The notes beneath the pieces were generated by a model. That model made no database searches and was not told where the DNA came from. It saw only the letters and a program-made list of their open reading frames with translations. Shown piece by piece: positions 61,511 through 64,000 of a stretch of DNA of 64,000 bases. A program made the translations under genes and the position numbers. The DNA is from Octopus sinensis (lineage: Eukaryota): contig NC_043012.1 in assembly GCF_006345805.1 (NCBI RefSeq), positions 13,268,001-13,332,000 on the forward strand. The letters run 5' to 3'. Position 1 is the first letter of the stretch; each line of letters begins with the position of its first letter.

Positions 61511-63268
61511 TATGAAGTTTTTCTGATCATGTCTATCTTTTATCAAACTTTGTTTCCTGGTATATATATAGCGCCATCTCCTAGGATACTAATGTTGCTA
61601 TTCACGGGACTAATGCTTTTAAAACTGGTATCAAATGCAGAAATGTGAGGTAGTGGAAGTCTGCTGGTCCCAGCAATCAGTAATTCTCAATATAGCAAGA
61701 AATTATAGTGCATTTTGAATCAGCAGCTGAGAAGCCACTTAGCTTCTCCTTTGACGTAAAAGACATTTTAATTGATGAAGGTAACTAAGTTCCGATAACC
61801 ACAGGTAAGAACCAATTCGAGTGAATTCATCGCTATATTATAGCTGTGATTGAGGCCAATATTGTGGCCAACTTTTTTCTATCTTTTATCACTATATGTA
61901 ACTGTATGTCTCTTAGTACTCTGTGTGCGCAATCGTGGGTATGCATGTGTGGATGAATCTTTTGGAGGAAAATCTCTGGTGAGCCTGGCAATAAAACATG
62001 AGAAATTAAGTGCATATTTAAGAGTTGTAATGTACCAGCAGAAAAAGCGTGTGAAAGCAAGGCCAAGACGTACACATCAGTGTTAGTGTCATCCATACTT
62101 TCACTCAAATGAGAAGTTTATTCAATCCCTTGATACCAAAGGTCACAGTTTCAACATGCAACCTCCAGGTAGTACATATTGGGCGATAATTATTTTGCTT
62201 TTGTAGTTGCTGTATTGTCTTGGTATGAGTTACTGGATATCAATGATAATTCTCTTCGATTTTTAATCATGCTTTCATGTGGAAAATTATCGTTTATCGC
62301 CCTCGGATTATTTGTGGAATTGACTTGTACGTTAGTTAGTTTTGGTATTCTTGTTATTTTTATTAAATTTGGAACGTATTCTATTTTCCCTTTTCACTAA
62401 TCATTAATTTTGTTTGTATTTTTGCAACCATACTTTTTAATTCTCGCATTTTATTGGATTGGGTTTCTTCTCTCTCTCTCCCTCTATTTTTTCTATAGAT
62501 CTATTAATTTTCACCTACTTTTCTGTTCGTTCGAAGGTCTCTGGAAAACTTTCTCTTTCTAATTGATTTCCAATACGCTTGATTTTTTTTTTATTTAATT
62601 CTCATCTTATACACTTAGTACATTTTCCTGTAAACTTCATTTTCCACATGAAGTTTATTCCATTCATTAAACGTAATTTGTGTATTGGAATGTTCTGAGG
62701 TTATTAAACATTTGCAGAGTTTGTAACTTGATTCTTTGTCCATTTTTGTTTCTAATTTTTCTCATTAAAAACGATTTTGTGAGGATTGACTTTTTTTTTC
62801 AATATTGCCTCAGTTCCCCTTGCATTAATACATACAGGGAATTTTGATCATGTCAGTGACCTTCTGATCTTATATTGTTTATTTGCATATTTAAATGTTT
62901 CTGAAAAAAACAAGACACTTCATACAGTGAAAATATTTTTTTTAATGGTTTTCTTCAGTGTTGTTAATTTAAAATAAAAGAGAAACCGATGTGTTTATTC
63001 TCCAGCATTAGAGAGCAGTTGCCACAATTAATTCCAAAACAATTACATCTGAAGAGCGCAGGGTTACATAATCGGAGTGTTGATTAAAATTCCGATGAAG
63101 CCTTTGTACGAAACCGATTGATTAGATCGGCAGTAATAGGTATATAATACTGTACACTTTGTATAGTATACCATATCTACTGACAGATATGCGAACGCAT
63201 TTTATTGACTTATGGATTCCTACACAGCTTACACATGCACACATACAACGCGCATACATACACACACA

Positions 63269-63316
<48 letters not shown>

Positions 63317-63467
63317 GAGAGAGAGAGAGAGAGAGACAGACAGTCATTTAGACAGACAGACATTTAGATAGATAGGTAAATAGACAGATACATACATAGA
63401 TAGACAGTTTGACAAATAGATAGATAGATAGAAAGATAGATAAATAATTGAGGCGAGGTTCTAATTA

Positions 63468-63912
63468 TCAATATTCCACCATTGGCTGCATATCGTCAAA
63501 CTCCCCCTCAACTCCCACTGGATCAATATCCCTTCCAAATATTTTATTTAACCTGTTATACCTCTCTTTATCTATTGCATTCACATTTTCCAAGGAAATA
63601 TCCGTAGGCAAGTAAACCCTTATTACGGATTTAAACTTCGGTATGTTTTCTTTTATATTCCCCTTCTCTTGCGCATCTTCAGCTTCCATGTTTGTTTGAT
63701 TTTTTTCTTTGCTCCACTCTTGGCGCCTTCCCTCGGTATTTATCCTCCTCCATATTAGTTATAGTCACTGCTTCACTTTTGTGCTGTTGTCTCCTTACAC
63801 CATCCAAATCTTCCTCCTCCGCTAGTGTAGCTAATACACTTGCTACTGCCACCTCTTTCACAAGCCCCTCGTAAAGTTCCTTCTCCAACTGTTTTACAAC
63901 CCCCTTCTCCAC
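63468..63912 (-). other. Two overlapping acidic ORFs running off the window edge; possible retroelement ORF1 fragment
   Basis: GA-rich coding-like composition on the minus strand (ORFs 63679-63912 and 63468-63689). No diagnostic motif recognised. Confidence 0.25.
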
Positions 63913-64000
63913 CTCCTTATCTCCTTTTTTTTCTTTTTCTGCCTCTGCGGCGGAGAGTTTACTCTTTCTTTTCTTTTTCGTATTTTAACCACTATGAACG

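Noticed and set aside
61833-62108. ORF with DTNTDVYVLAL resembling a DTDV nuclease-like transposase motif
   Set aside because: Single short motif without the expected neighbouring conserved residues.

Overview
AT-rich, microsatellite- and transposon-dense animal DNA. The SINE families and receptor genes point to Octopus (inference). The only well-supported protein-coding genes are two tandem, coding-intronless Cys-loop receptor genes on the minus strand (39816-40964 and 47788-48936, 382 aa each, about 90% identical by manual count). They have the hallmarks of cephalopod chemotactile receptors (CRs) and sit in an ~8-9 kb segmental duplication. A third copy of their 5' flank, without a CDS, lies at ~15.2-16.7 kb. 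The most striking non-coding feature is a ~4 kb array of near-identical ~490-bp monomers (53897-57954) with a fold-back inversion. Every full monomer contains a complete type I hammerhead ribozyme fold, giving a retrozyme-like array next to a Penelope-like remnant that carries its own hammerhead motif. The rest is a nested set of mobile DNA: a ~3.8 kb CR1-like LINE inside a SINE, a fold-back maT transposon, non-autonomous Helitrons (one 3' end caps a 3.3-kb 21-23-bp minisatellite), R4-like and Tx1-like LINE remnants, mariner/Tc1 remnants and solo-LTR-like elements. All coordinates, alignments and folds were read by eye; no searches were run.
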